From a virus (Duplodnaviria > Caudoviricetes), in the IMG/VR virus record IMGVR_UViG_3300042731_008397, positions 68,055 through 132,054 of that record: DNA of 64,000 nt; one strand, given 5' to 3'. Positions 19,812-28,904 of this stretch are shown here, piece after piece (the first letter of the stretch is position 1; each line of letters starts with the position of its first letter). Both the position numbers and the translations under genes were made by a program. The notes below the pieces were generated by a model. It was not told the origin of the DNA and made no database searches. It was given only the letters and a program-made list of their open reading frames with translations.

Positions 19812-20773
19812 TTATTCTTTTTTATGGCAAGGAAGGTGTGTTTATTCTGTGAAAAAATATCAACCAGCGCGGGATCTAAATGTGTGCCTGCTTTATCTTG
19901 CATGATTTGAGCCGCTTTACGGGAAGAATACGCTTCTTTATAAGAACGTTTTTTAGTTAAAGAATCATACGTATCCGCTGCCGCTACGATTCGGGCCTCA
20001 AGCGGAGTTTCTTCTTTGACTAATTCCGAAACATATCCAGTTCCATCCCACCATTCATGATGAAAAAATGCAATGTTGACCGCAATTTGGGGAAATCCGT
20101 TTTGTTCTAAAATTTGTTTCCCATAAATAACATGTTTTTTGACTTCTTCCCGCTGTTCTGTTGAATATTCCCCGGGATAGTTTAAAATTTCCCGACTTAG
20201 CCCGACGTTGCCTATATCGTGAAGTGATGCATACCGGCGAATATTTCTTATAAATTGGACATCGCAACCATAAAACTCTGCGAAACAGGCGGAATAAGCA
20301 CAGACCCGTTTTATGTGATGCCCTGTTACCGGGTCATTTAAGTTCGTAATATCCTCAAGGACATTGACCAGCGTAATTGTAAGCCGCTCTATCTCCTCTT
20401 GTTGGGCTATTTGGTCGGTAAGATCGTCATGAATTGCTACGATTTCCCCACCAGGAAGTCGGAATACATAATTTCTAACCCAAAGTCCTCCTATTCGGCT
20501 GTTTTCATAATGTGATAACGGGAGTTCCGCCATGCCGCCTTTTTCGTTGACTTGTTGGAAGAGATCAAAAAGCCCGATAGCTTTGACACCTGGGAAGACT
20601 TCAGTTACTCTTTTCCCGACAACTTCTTTTTCTTTAACGTGGTTGATTTCTTCTCCTCGCTTATTTAAAGCGATAAAGACAAAATCTTTACCTCCATCTA
20701 TTGCCCGATAGATGGCTATTCCACTATTAACGCGGTTAAATACAGAGCGCCAAAGCATGTCTTCACGGGTCAT
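19772..20773 (-). CDS. PAS + HD-GYP phosphodiesterase
   Basis: PAS (VVGKRVTEVFP); TGHHIKRV, LHDIG, HHEWWDGTGY, ARIVAAADTYD, RSYK. Confidence 0.9.
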   Translation of the reverse strand: MTREDMLWRSVFNRVNSGIAIYRAIDGGKDFVFIALNKRGEEINHVKEKEVVGKRVTEVFPGVKAIGLFDLFQQVNEKGGMAELPLSHYENSRIGGLWVRNYVFRLPGGEIVAIHDDLTDQIAQQEEIERLTITLVNVLEDITNLNDPVTGHHIKRVCAYSACFAEFYGCDVQFIRNIRRYASLHDIGNVGLSREILNYPGEYSTEQREEVKKHVIYGKQILEQNGFPQIAVNIAFFHHEWWDGTGYVSELVKEETPLEARIVAAADTYDSLTKKRSYKEAYSSRKAAQIMQDKAGTHLDPALVDIFSQNKHTFLAIKKNNYNAVSSTFPKIG

Positions 20774-21253
20774 TTAACACCTCGTTGTCGGTGAGCCGTG
20801 TCCATAGCGGTGCAGTTGAACCGCTATGCGGGTTTGTTCACAAATAGTATGTTCTGAAAGCTGTAATAACGGATACACTTCTTTGAATCCTTTGTCAAGA
20901 TTAACATCCTTAACATAAATCGAAAAAAGGATTCTTTGGGCATATTCAAACTGTAAAAGGCGGGGAGGAAGCGGGGGCGGGTTATAAAGTTTTACTGCAT
21001 TATGGGAACGGAATTCAAACTCGGAAACAATTTTTTCTCCACCTCTTTCATTGACTTGGATCGTGGCTAAAATAACTCTTAAATCCCCGTCATCAGGATT
21101 CCGAATGTCAATCGGTTTGACCATAAATTTGATTTCCCATAGTGCTTTGTGACGACCAAACGGGTAAGGCTGATCAAGGATACAATGAATGATGTCCGGA
21201 TCAAGCCGATTCTGGACGAGTTTAGTCATTAAAAAGGGTTTCTTTCGTGGCAT
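20774..21253 (-). CDS. Hypothetical protein
   Basis: Tightly spaced between the tape measure and HD-GYP genes. Confidence 0.55.
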   Translation of the reverse strand: MPRKKPFLMTKLVQNRLDPDIIHCILDQPYPFGRHKALWEIKFMVKPIDIRNPDDGDLRVILATIQVNERGGEKIVSEFEFRSHNAVKLYNPPPLPPRLLQFEYAQRILFSIYVKDVNLDKGFKEVYPLLQLSEHTICEQTRIAVQLHRYGHGSPTTRC

Positions 21254-21255
21254 TT

Positions 21256-24200
21256 TTATTGATTCCCAAACTCAAACACCTTTTTGCCTTCTTCCGTTGT
21301 ATGGTATCCCTTATAGAATCTCCAATCTTCAAACGGTGTGGGCGGTTTCGTGTAGCCAGATTCAGGCGTTCCGTAAAAACCCGCCTCTGGATTATAAGCC
21401 CGTTGACCTTGCCTCCCTTCTTCTCCCTGCTGCCGTCTCTGTTCTAATCCCAGTTTTTCGGACATGAGTTTCGTGTTTTCGGCAATCAGTTTCAGGTATT
21501 CCAGTTGTTGCTCCGCACGGGCTGCCTGCTCCTCGGCATCTTGTAAGATCGCTTCCTCAAGCCCGGCTTGCGCCTCCGCAAGAGCTTCCGTCTCTCCACC
21601 ACGTTTGGCAATTTCCCGGAGTTGTTCAAAGGCGGGGATTTTCGCCGCTGCTGGTCCTTCAGTGGCGACAATTTCTTCCAGAAGTCCACGGCGCTCTTGA
21701 TCCCGTTGTTGTTGCTGTTCCAATAATTGTAATTCTTTTTCCTGCGCGGTTACGCTCTCTTCCTGGGCTTGTCCGTAATAGTCAAGGGCTTCTTGGGCAT
21801 ATTTTCTTTGCTCTTCCGGGGTTTCTGCTGCCTCTGCCCGTTCTTCCATTAGAGCCGCCAATTCACCGGCGATTTGCGCCCGTCCTTCAGCGGTTTGGGT
21901 CATTTCAAGACGTTTTTTCAAGACCTCTTCTTGCTTTTCTGCGATAGCCGCAAGCTCTTTTTTCATACTACTGTCGGTTACGTCAGGAAGCACGTCTTGA
22001 AATTTTTCCTTAACATCAACGGCGCTTTTCCCGAAATCTGCCCACATGTCGGTGAATTTTCCGAAGACATCGGCTGCCCGCTGTTCAAATTCGTTAATCG
22101 GTTCTAACATGTAGGCGTCAAAATCTTCTCTGATGTCTACCAGGCTAAGCTCCGCCTGAAGGTCAATGGTGGCAAGATCAAACATTGCCTGTTCCACGTC
22201 TCGGGTTGCTTTTTCGACATCCATAAGAGACTGTTGCCACGCCATCGTCTCTTTGTTCGCTTCGACAAGACCTTCAATTTGGAACATTCTGGCCTGTCTC
22301 TGTTCTTCCGTTGCCGCTGCTTCCGCTTCCTCAGTGGCAACAATCCCCATCGCCTCTTCAATTGAAACGCCCCTTGCTTCGGCTACCTTGCCCGCTTTCG
22401 CCATTGCTTCCTGCTGCCGTCTCTGTTCCTCTATTTGGGCGTTCCACTTCTCTTGCATTTCACTAAGAGCTTGATCTAATGCTTGCGTTTCTTCTTGCTG
22501 ACGGGCTTTTTCTTCAGGAGATAATGGTTGTGGGGCTCCGGGCTCTTCCCAGGCAGTCCGTTCAACGGTAATTCCAAGCTTTTCAAGCTCTTGCCGGGTT
22601 AACTCCATTTCTTTCCTGATTCTCTCTAAGCGTTCTTGATCACCACCTCCTGTTTTAATTGTTTCTTGGAATGCTTTTTCTTGCATCTCGGAAAAATGTT
22701 GTTGGAGGATTTCAATTTCTTCTTTCCCGGCAGCTTTTTCCTTAGCGGTTTCGCCGCCTAAAACAACGTCAATGCGTTGAGCCCCTTTTTCCCCGAATAG
22801 TAGGTTCCGAATATTTTCGGGGATAGCTTCATAGATTCCCCGTACTCCCCCTTCTATAGCAGCAAGTGCTCCTTGTATAGCAGCACTAAAGGCAGTTGCA
22901 AAAAGTTCTGTTAACCGATCTGTGAACTCTTGCCCGAAAATAGAGTCAATCCACTCACCTACGGATGCTCTGAGCCAGTCCATCGCCGGGGTGATGGCTT
23001 CTTGTATCGCCCCCGTAATAGCAGGGGCAGCGGCACTGATCGCGGTGACGGTCTTGTCGGCGATGTCTTTAACAAGGTCGAAAACTTTCCCGACTTCTGG
23101 CGCAATTCGGTTAATAATGTCCTCGAAGCCCTCAGCCAGTACGTCAACGGTAAATCCTTCTGCCTGGATTTTTTCGTTCAGGTCATGAAATCCTCTTGCG
23201 GCTTCTTGGTACACGCGGGACAATTGATTATTGAAATCTGTAGCTGGGCCTCCAATAAACCCGAAAAGAGATTCTGCCAGGGCTTCTACTCCGCTCCGTA
23301 AGATGGCGACTGAATTTTGGTAGGTAGAGCGGATGACTCCTGCGTGTTCCTTTGTGATTCCGGTTGCAGCTTCTAATTGCTGGCTATACTCTTCGATGGA
23401 CCGCCCACCCGCATCCATAAGAACGTTGAATGATGCCATCGCCCTCGTTCCGGCGATCTTTGCGGAATAAAAGTTTTTCTCTGCACCGGTCAATCCTTCA
23501 TAGCGTTCCCGGACCTCGTTCAGAATCTCCATCGTCTCCCGAAATTCCCCGGACGAATCCCGAACGGAGACGCCTAACTGCTCTAACGCCCCCATTGCGG
23601 TGCTCGTCTGTCCGGTGATTCTGGACAGAATATTCCGCATGTCGGTCCCAGCTTTTCCGAACCGAATTCCGGCGTCACCAAGAATCCCGATCGCAGCAGC
23701 GGACTCTGAGAATTCTAACCCCGCGGCACGGGCGACCACCCCCATTTGTTTCATTGCCGCAGATGAGGACTTAATGCTGGCACCAGACGTGACGTGAAGG
23801 GCGTTGAGAATGTCTAAGGTTTCACCTAAATCATCCATATCTCTCCCGAATTGTCGGGAAGTGACAGCGGCGATGTCGGTGGCTTCTTCGAGGCTTAATG
23901 ACCGAGCGGTGGCAAGATCAAGGATTTGAGGAATTCCTTTTAAAGCGTCTTCTCCTTCAAATCCTAACTGGATAAAGCTTGCGGCTGCTTTAGAGGCTGC
24001 CTCAGCGGTATGTTCTGTTGACATCCCCAGTTCACGGGTCATGTCAACAACTTGGGCTGTTATCCCCGGATCAAACTGTTCATACCGCCCCAAAAGAGCC
24101 TCAAGTTGTTTTGTGGCTCCTTCAAAAGCCCCGCCTACGTCAAGAGTTAGCCCGATCCAGTTAGTCATTAAGTCTCCAATCTGTCGGATTCTCTTCATGA

Positions 24201-24402
24201 GAAAATCAAAACCTTTGTTCAGGGTATTGAAAATTCCCACGCCTCGGACAAATTGGTCGAACCAGCTTTTTGGACCTTGTGATCTTGTGAGAAGGTCTTG
24301 TTTTGCTTTTATCCCTTCTAACTCTGCCTTCATTCGGGCGAGTTCATCAAGGATTTTTTCCGCTCCTGTACTACCATAATCTAAATTTAAACCAGATGCC
24401 AT
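21256..24402 (-). CDS. Tail tape measure protein (TP901-type core)
   Basis: 1048 aa helical; LGMSTEHTAEAA..LDLATA..LGDAGIRFGKAGTDMRNIL. Confidence 0.9.
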   Translation of the reverse strand: MASGLNLDYGSTGAEKILDELARMKAELEGIKAKQDLLTRSQGPKSWFDQFVRGVGIFNTLNKGFDFLMKRIRQIGDLMTNWIGLTLDVGGAFEGATKQLEALLGRYEQFDPGITAQVVDMTRELGMSTEHTAEAASKAAASFIQLGFEGEDALKGIPQILDLATARSLSLEEATDIAAVTSRQFGRDMDDLGETLDILNALHVTSGASIKSSSAAMKQMGVVARAAGLEFSESAAAIGILGDAGIRFGKAGTDMRNILSRITGQTSTAMGALEQLGVSVRDSSGEFRETMEILNEVRERYEGLTGAEKNFYSAKIAGTRAMASFNVLMDAGGRSIEEYSQQLEAATGITKEHAGVIRSTYQNSVAILRSGVEALAESLFGFIGGPATDFNNQLSRVYQEAARGFHDLNEKIQAEGFTVDVLAEGFEDIINRIAPEVGKVFDLVKDIADKTVTAISAAAPAITGAIQEAITPAMDWLRASVGEWIDSIFGQEFTDRLTELFATAFSAAIQGALAAIEGGVRGIYEAIPENIRNLLFGEKGAQRIDVVLGGETAKEKAAGKEEIEILQQHFSEMQEKAFQETIKTGGGDQERLERIRKEMELTRQELEKLGITVERTAWEEPGAPQPLSPEEKARQQEETQALDQALSEMQEKWNAQIEEQRRQQEAMAKAGKVAEARGVSIEEAMGIVATEEAEAAATEEQRQARMFQIEGLVEANKETMAWQQSLMDVEKATRDVEQAMFDLATIDLQAELSLVDIREDFDAYMLEPINEFEQRAADVFGKFTDMWADFGKSAVDVKEKFQDVLPDVTDSSMKKELAAIAEKQEEVLKKRLEMTQTAEGRAQIAGELAALMEERAEAAETPEEQRKYAQEALDYYGQAQEESVTAQEKELQLLEQQQQRDQERRGLLEEIVATEGPAAAKIPAFEQLREIAKRGGETEALAEAQAGLEEAILQDAEEQAARAEQQLEYLKLIAENTKLMSEKLGLEQRRQQGEEGRQGQRAYNPEAGFYGTPESGYTKPPTPFEDWRFYKGYHTTEEGKKVFEFGNQ

Positions 24403-24524
24403 AAGCTTTTACCTTGTGGATATACAAAACTTGGGTTTTTGATTTCTCAGTATATCACAAAGCAAAAGAAAGATCAATTATGGCATGTTTTCGTGAGGAA
24501 GTTTTCTCCTGGCTAGAAAAACTA

Positions 24525-24630
24525 TAGCTAAATTTTGACTCTAAGCAGTTGGAGGTAAATGCCGATATGAAGATAGGGGGTAAGTTGTTTTGGTCAAACT
24601 GTGAGCTTGTGAAGTATCCAAAAATTGATT
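24525..24630 (-). repeat. Dispersed element A, copy 2 (degenerate)
   Basis: Minus strand cccctatcttcatatcggc..tccaactgcttagagtcaaaatttagc. Confidence 0.55.
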
Positions 24631-24768
24631 TTTGGCGTCTTACCGAACCTGTCGAAAGAAGGCCTCTTCTATGGCTTCAGCCAGAGGATGAATTTCGACA
24701 AAAATTTCTGAATTTTTTATAAAATAGTTCTTGACACTATGTAGTTAATTTCATAATATGACTACATA

Positions 24769-24939
24769 ATGAAACAAGAAGATAAATATACAACGCTCCG
24801 AATTTGGACATCAAGTGTCCAAAAGCTTCGTCTCATCTATGCGTTGACAGGTGAAACGATGGTGAAAATTTTAGACCGATTGTTAACGGATGAATTGAAA
24901 CGAATACAAGCATCTCATGATCATCACGAAAAACTATAA
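24769..24939 (+). CDS. 56-aa ribbon-helix-helix-like protein (absent from the ORF track)
   Basis: MKQEDKYTTLRIWTSSVQKLRLIYALTGETMVKILDRLLTDELKRIQ; follows a TTGACA promoter overlapped by an ATGTAGT/ACTACAT inverted repeat. Confidence 0.65.
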   Translation: MKQEDKYTTLRIWTSSVQKLRLIYALTGETMVKILDRLLTDELKRIQASHDHHEKL

Positions 24940-26065
24940 ATACAAGCTGTACCGGAATAAGAAAAACAAGCACTTACATCAACAGATTAACATTGCAGGG
25001 ATTATCTATAACCATTGTATCGCCCTGCATAAAAGGTACTACCGGATTTATGGGAAACATCTGAACTGCTATCACATCCAAAAGCATATCACAAAACTTA
25101 AGAAACATCCGCGTTATGCATTCTGGAACCTTGTCGGTTCACAAGTCATTCAGAATATTTGTCAACGCATCGACAAAGCGTATAAACTCTTTTTCCGTAA
25201 CTTGAAACACAGCATCAAGACGGCTCCGCCAGGCTTCAAGAAGGTCAAAAAATATAAATCGTTCACCCTCAAACAAGCCGGGTGGAAACTGCTTGACGGC
25301 AATAAAATTCAACTCAATTCCCATGTTTATAAATACGCAAAAAGCCGTGACATCGAAGGAACTATCAAAACCGTTACCGTTAAGCGAGACACCTTAAATA
25401 ATCTGTACTTGTGTTTTTCGGTCAAACAAGAAATCGAAATACCAGACACCAGGGATAACAGCCGGGTCTGTGGATTTGATTTTGGACTAAAAACCTTTCT
25501 CGTTTTGTCTAATGGCAGTGACATCAAGAATCCTCTCTTCTTTAAACAATCTCAAAAGGACATCAAACACGCTAATCGTGATCTATCCCGAAAACAAAAA
25601 GGTTCCAATCACTACAAACACGCCAAACGGACGCTTGCTAAAGTCCATGAAACGGTCAAAAACCGTCGCAGGGACTATCAGTTCAAACTGGCACATCAAT
25701 TGATCGATGACTACGATGTCCTGATATTTGAAACCCTCAATATCAAAGGAATGCAACGGCTGTGGGGGAAGAAAGTCAACGACTTAGGATTTGCCTCGTT
25801 TCTGCTAATTTTGAAACATGTGGCAGTTCCGAAAGGCAAGATTGTCTTCTTTCTTGACCAGTGGCAACCGACGACGAAACCCTGTTCCGCGTGTGGGTAT
25901 CTGAATTACGGCTTAACACTGAACGACCGGTATTGGACATGTCCGCAATGCAGTACATTCCATAATCGAGATAAAAACGCTTCGATAAATATTGAGCGAC
26001 AGGGCGTTGTCGCTCTTGGGTTAGGCGGTGTAAGACCTCCATTAGGTGAGGCAACCGCTGTCTGA
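24917..26065 (+). CDS. tnpB: RNA-guided endonuclease TnpB
   Basis: RuvC GFDFG, FETL, RDKNASINI; zinc finger. Confidence 0.95.
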   Translation: MIITKNYKYKLYRNKKNKHLHQQINIAGIIYNHCIALHKRYYRIYGKHLNCYHIQKHITKLKKHPRYAFWNLVGSQVIQNICQRIDKAYKLFFRNLKHSIKTAPPGFKKVKKYKSFTLKQAGWKLLDGNKIQLNSHVYKYAKSRDIEGTIKTVTVKRDTLNNLYLCFSVKQEIEIPDTRDNSRVCGFDFGLKTFLVLSNGSDIKNPLFFKQSQKDIKHANRDLSRKQKGSNHYKHAKRTLAKVHETVKNRRRDYQFKLAHQLIDDYDVLIFETLNIKGMQRLWGKKVNDLGFASFLLILKHVAVPKGKIVFFLDQWQPTTKPCSACGYLNYGLTLNDRYWTCPQCSTFHNRDKNASINIERQGVVALGLGGVRPPLGEATAV

Positions 26066-26101
26066 CCCCAGAATCCCAGGTGCTTCATCCCTGGGAGTAC
26101 G

Positions 26102-26305
26102 TCAAATATCCTGTTTTATCGTTGCCGTATTGCGGAGAATTCGATCCATCACTTTGGGTGTGTCAACAGACTGTTTTTGAAGGAAACATCCGGTACATCC
26201 TTGGGCAATATACGGGCAAGTAGAGTTCAAAAGTTCAGTTTCACAGTGAGGAGTTATCCCCTTTATACGGGATACGGTCATTAATTCTTTAGATTTCATA
26301 GACAT
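26102..26305 (-). CDS. Small Cys-containing hypothetical protein
   Basis: Stop lies at the IS right-end junction. Confidence 0.35.
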   Translation of the reverse strand: MSMKSKELMTVSRIKGITPHCETELLNSTCPYIAQGCTGCFLQKQSVDTPKVMDRILRNTATIKQDI

Positions 26306-26397
26306 TCCAGTTAGAGTAAAACTGTAACAACAGAACTCTTCAAAACTTAGATGTTTATTCTAGGAAGTTTACGATCTTCTGGAAGTTTCTAAGCTGT

Positions 26398-26913
26398 TTA
26401 CGTTATCCCCCGATATAATTCTTTTAACAGAGACGGCATAAGGGATCTATGTAGACCTAAAATGTATTCTCTGAGTTGGCTTATATAGTTTCTTGGGCGG
26501 ATCCCGCTCACCCATCGTAAAAAGAATTCCTGCCCTGCCCATTGTTTGCGTCCGTAAAAGTGCATATATTGAGCCGTAACCGGGCCGTGAGCGGCTGTAC
26601 CTTCATCAAGGAAATGAATAATATGATTGACGGTAATGTTAGTATCGGGGTTTACAATGCCTGTGCCCATCGTATGAAACCATTTAATATAACCGTTTCC
26701 GATTTCATACGTCCAACCTGCTCCTAATAATGGGGAGTCAACGTCATCTCTAATGATTTTTTCAATCCGAATAACCCCTTGTTTCCCCAGTGTATGGAGA
26801 TGAGAGAGAAAGAGCGCCGGTGCTCTTCCTTGAGCTATTTTGAATTGAACCTCCAAACGGGAAATACGGTATAACAAATCATTAATTGACGAATTTCCTT
26901 TGAATCCGATCAT
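26398..26913 (-). CDS. HK97 gp10-like neck/tail completion protein
   Basis: FLDEGT..HGP....MHF...VSGIRPRNY. Confidence 0.6.
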   Translation of the reverse strand: MIGFKGNSSINDLLYRISRLEVQFKIAQGRAPALFLSHLHTLGKQGVIRIEKIIRDDVDSPLLGAGWTYEIGNGYIKWFHTMGTGIVNPDTNITVNHIIHFLDEGTAAHGPVTAQYMHFYGRKQWAGQEFFLRWVSGIRPRNYISQLREYILGLHRSLMPSLLKELYRGIT

Positions 26914-28346
26914 AAATCTGCCAAATGCACCGTATGATGGGCAACGGTTTTATATAGTCTCGGGTTAGAATCTGGATTTTGATAATGATTAAAGCTAAAA
27001 ACCCCGCAATATAAGTTTTCACAGTGTTTAGCATGAACTCCGTAATAATTTCGGGCTAAAATGTCCTGGACATGGATCGGAAATGTTCTTGCTTCTTCTT
27101 CTTCTCCATATCCCATGTGTTGAAGGGCTTTTTGCGGGTCATACATAAGCTTTTCTACCAGCTTGACGTAATAGTCGGCCTCTGTATTCTTTTTCTTCCA
27201 GAATCGTTCCGAATCTTGGGAAAAAGAGAGTTGGACATCATAGATTTTCCGCCCTTTTAAGAGCAAATGGAGCAAAATGCCTATTTCTAGCATAGCGGCA
27301 ACCAGCCCCTGGGTATGTTGGAGTTTGGCAAGCATTTTTTCATAGACTACAGAAATCCATGAAGAGGCGCGGGCGGTATCTTCTGTCATCCATTCCCCCA
27401 GTGACTTGACAAGGCGGTTTTGCAAAAGTTTCATGAAACCGAGAGAATTATTGATTTCACCGGCGAAATTCAATATTTTCGGGCTTTCGATACTTTCATA
27501 ATGAGTAACGATGCCTTCTTGGAAGCCCTTTCGTAGGGTCTCATGAACGATTGCCAGATAATTTTCAAGTCGGGTCTGGTATGCCAATTCAGACTCAAAA
27601 AACATCTTGACGGGCTTTTTTACCTGTAGTGCTAAAAGCCCTAATAATCCTAGTTTCTTTATCGCCCGATCTATACTTGCTAAAGCATTATTCAACCGCC
27701 CCATTTCTTCCAATGCACTTAGAAACGGGGGGATAGGATAGGGCTCTTGTGACAATGCCCGCATTGCTAGAAGTTGGTATTTAGGGTATTTTAGAGGCGT
27801 TAGTTTCCCCGTATTTGTTTGCTGGTACGGGGCATAACCATGTTCTTTTTGATTATATTGTAATACCAACATAGGCACGTCAACCCGATGGATGGCGACA
27901 ACCTGGCCTCTCCGTTTCCTGGAATCATCATACGCTATTTCCCATTCCTGGGAGATTGCCCCGGACGTGATTAACTGCATAAAAAGATCATTAATTAGCC
28001 CCGGTAGCCCGCCCAGTTCTTTCCTGATCTTTCGGGCAAAGGCATTGAGGTCTAACTGTGCAAGTTTTATGTCCCGTTCATTCGGGCTTAACAAGGTGAC
28101 TTTATGTCCCGTCCCGGCAAGCTGTTCAATATCGCTCGTTACACGGGCAAAATCACCCTGCCATGCTACCAAAAACTCAATTTGCGGGATAGCCTCTTTT
28201 ATAGAGTCCCACGTTAACATGTGGGGTCTCGGATAATGTTCCTTGAGAGATTGCCTTCCCGCTCGAATCGGGGGAATAGACGATACTTGAGTAGGAACAG
28301 GAGGTTGTAGCATCTCAAATTCTGGCAAAAACTGCAATTTATACAT
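26910..28346 (-). CDS. Probable portal protein
   Basis: 478 aa; LITSGAISQEW and PYPIPPFLSALEE patterns; coupled to the neck gene. Confidence 0.55.
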   Translation of the reverse strand: MYKLQFLPEFEMLQPPVPTQVSSIPPIRAGRQSLKEHYPRPHMLTWDSIKEAIPQIEFLVAWQGDFARVTSDIEQLAGTGHKVTLLSPNERDIKLAQLDLNAFARKIRKELGGLPGLINDLFMQLITSGAISQEWEIAYDDSRKRRGQVVAIHRVDVPMLVLQYNQKEHGYAPYQQTNTGKLTPLKYPKYQLLAMRALSQEPYPIPPFLSALEEMGRLNNALASIDRAIKKLGLLGLLALQVKKPVKMFFESELAYQTRLENYLAIVHETLRKGFQEGIVTHYESIESPKILNFAGEINNSLGFMKLLQNRLVKSLGEWMTEDTARASSWISVVYEKMLAKLQHTQGLVAAMLEIGILLHLLLKGRKIYDVQLSFSQDSERFWKKKNTEADYYVKLVEKLMYDPQKALQHMGYGEEEEARTFPIHVQDILARNYYGVHAKHCENLYCGVFSFNHYQNPDSNPRLYKTVAHHTVHLADL

Positions 28347-28348
28347 GA

Positions 28349-28798
28349 TTATTTTTTCGCTTTTGTGGATCGTTTGGGTTTTATCGCCTCAATAGGTGGA
28401 TTTCCCTCGTCAAGGGCCTCTACTTGATCGGCTTCAATTGGTTTTGGAGTGGCGCTTTCTGTCATCTTTGCCGTTGCTCCCCTGCTGTCGGGCAGTTTAT
28501 TAACAAATTTGACATCGGCGGTATGAACATATTCCCGGATCTGTTCTTTCTCCCATCCTTTCGTTTCATACAAGTATTTGACCGCTTCTTCACCGCTAAG
28601 TGGGATCAAAGAACCTGCTTGGATTTTTTGCTGGACATCTCTCAAGTTGACAAGTGAGGCTCCGATTGGAACGACCAAAATTCGGTCACCGGCAAGCTGG
28701 ACATTTGTTTCATTCCCGTCTTTTTCCCTCATGTGGACGGTACATGTCGGATAATCCGATTTACTTTTCTTCTTTAACTGCAAATATTTGTATTTCAT
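28349..28798 (-). CDS. Hypothetical virion-associated protein
   Basis: AAGGAG RBS; basic low-complexity tail. Confidence 0.55.
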   Translation of the reverse strand: MKYKYLQLKKKSKSDYPTCTVHMREKDGNETNVQLAGDRILVVPIGASLVNLRDVQQKIQAGSLIPLSGEEAVKYLYETKGWEKEQIREYVHTADVKFVNKLPDSRGATAKMTESATPKPIEADQVEALDEGNPPIEAIKPKRSTKAKK

Positions 28799-28904
28799 AG
28801 GTTACTCCTTTCGTGGTACGTGAATAGAATCCCATACTATAGGGTTAGTGCTATTATGGAGATAGTATAACAGAGGAGTTGAAAAAAGTCAATTATTGAT
28901 TTGA

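Larger units (their letters stand above)
24644..26105 (+). mobile_element. IS200/IS605-family tnpB element 2
   Basis: TTAC at 24640-24643, left-end hairpin, small ORF plus tnpB, right end GAATCCCAGG..CCTGGGAG..GTCAA. Confidence 0.8.

Noticed and set aside
21464-24379. Multiple plus-strand ORFs opposite the tape measure gene
   Set aside because: Ser/Ala-rich antisense shadows
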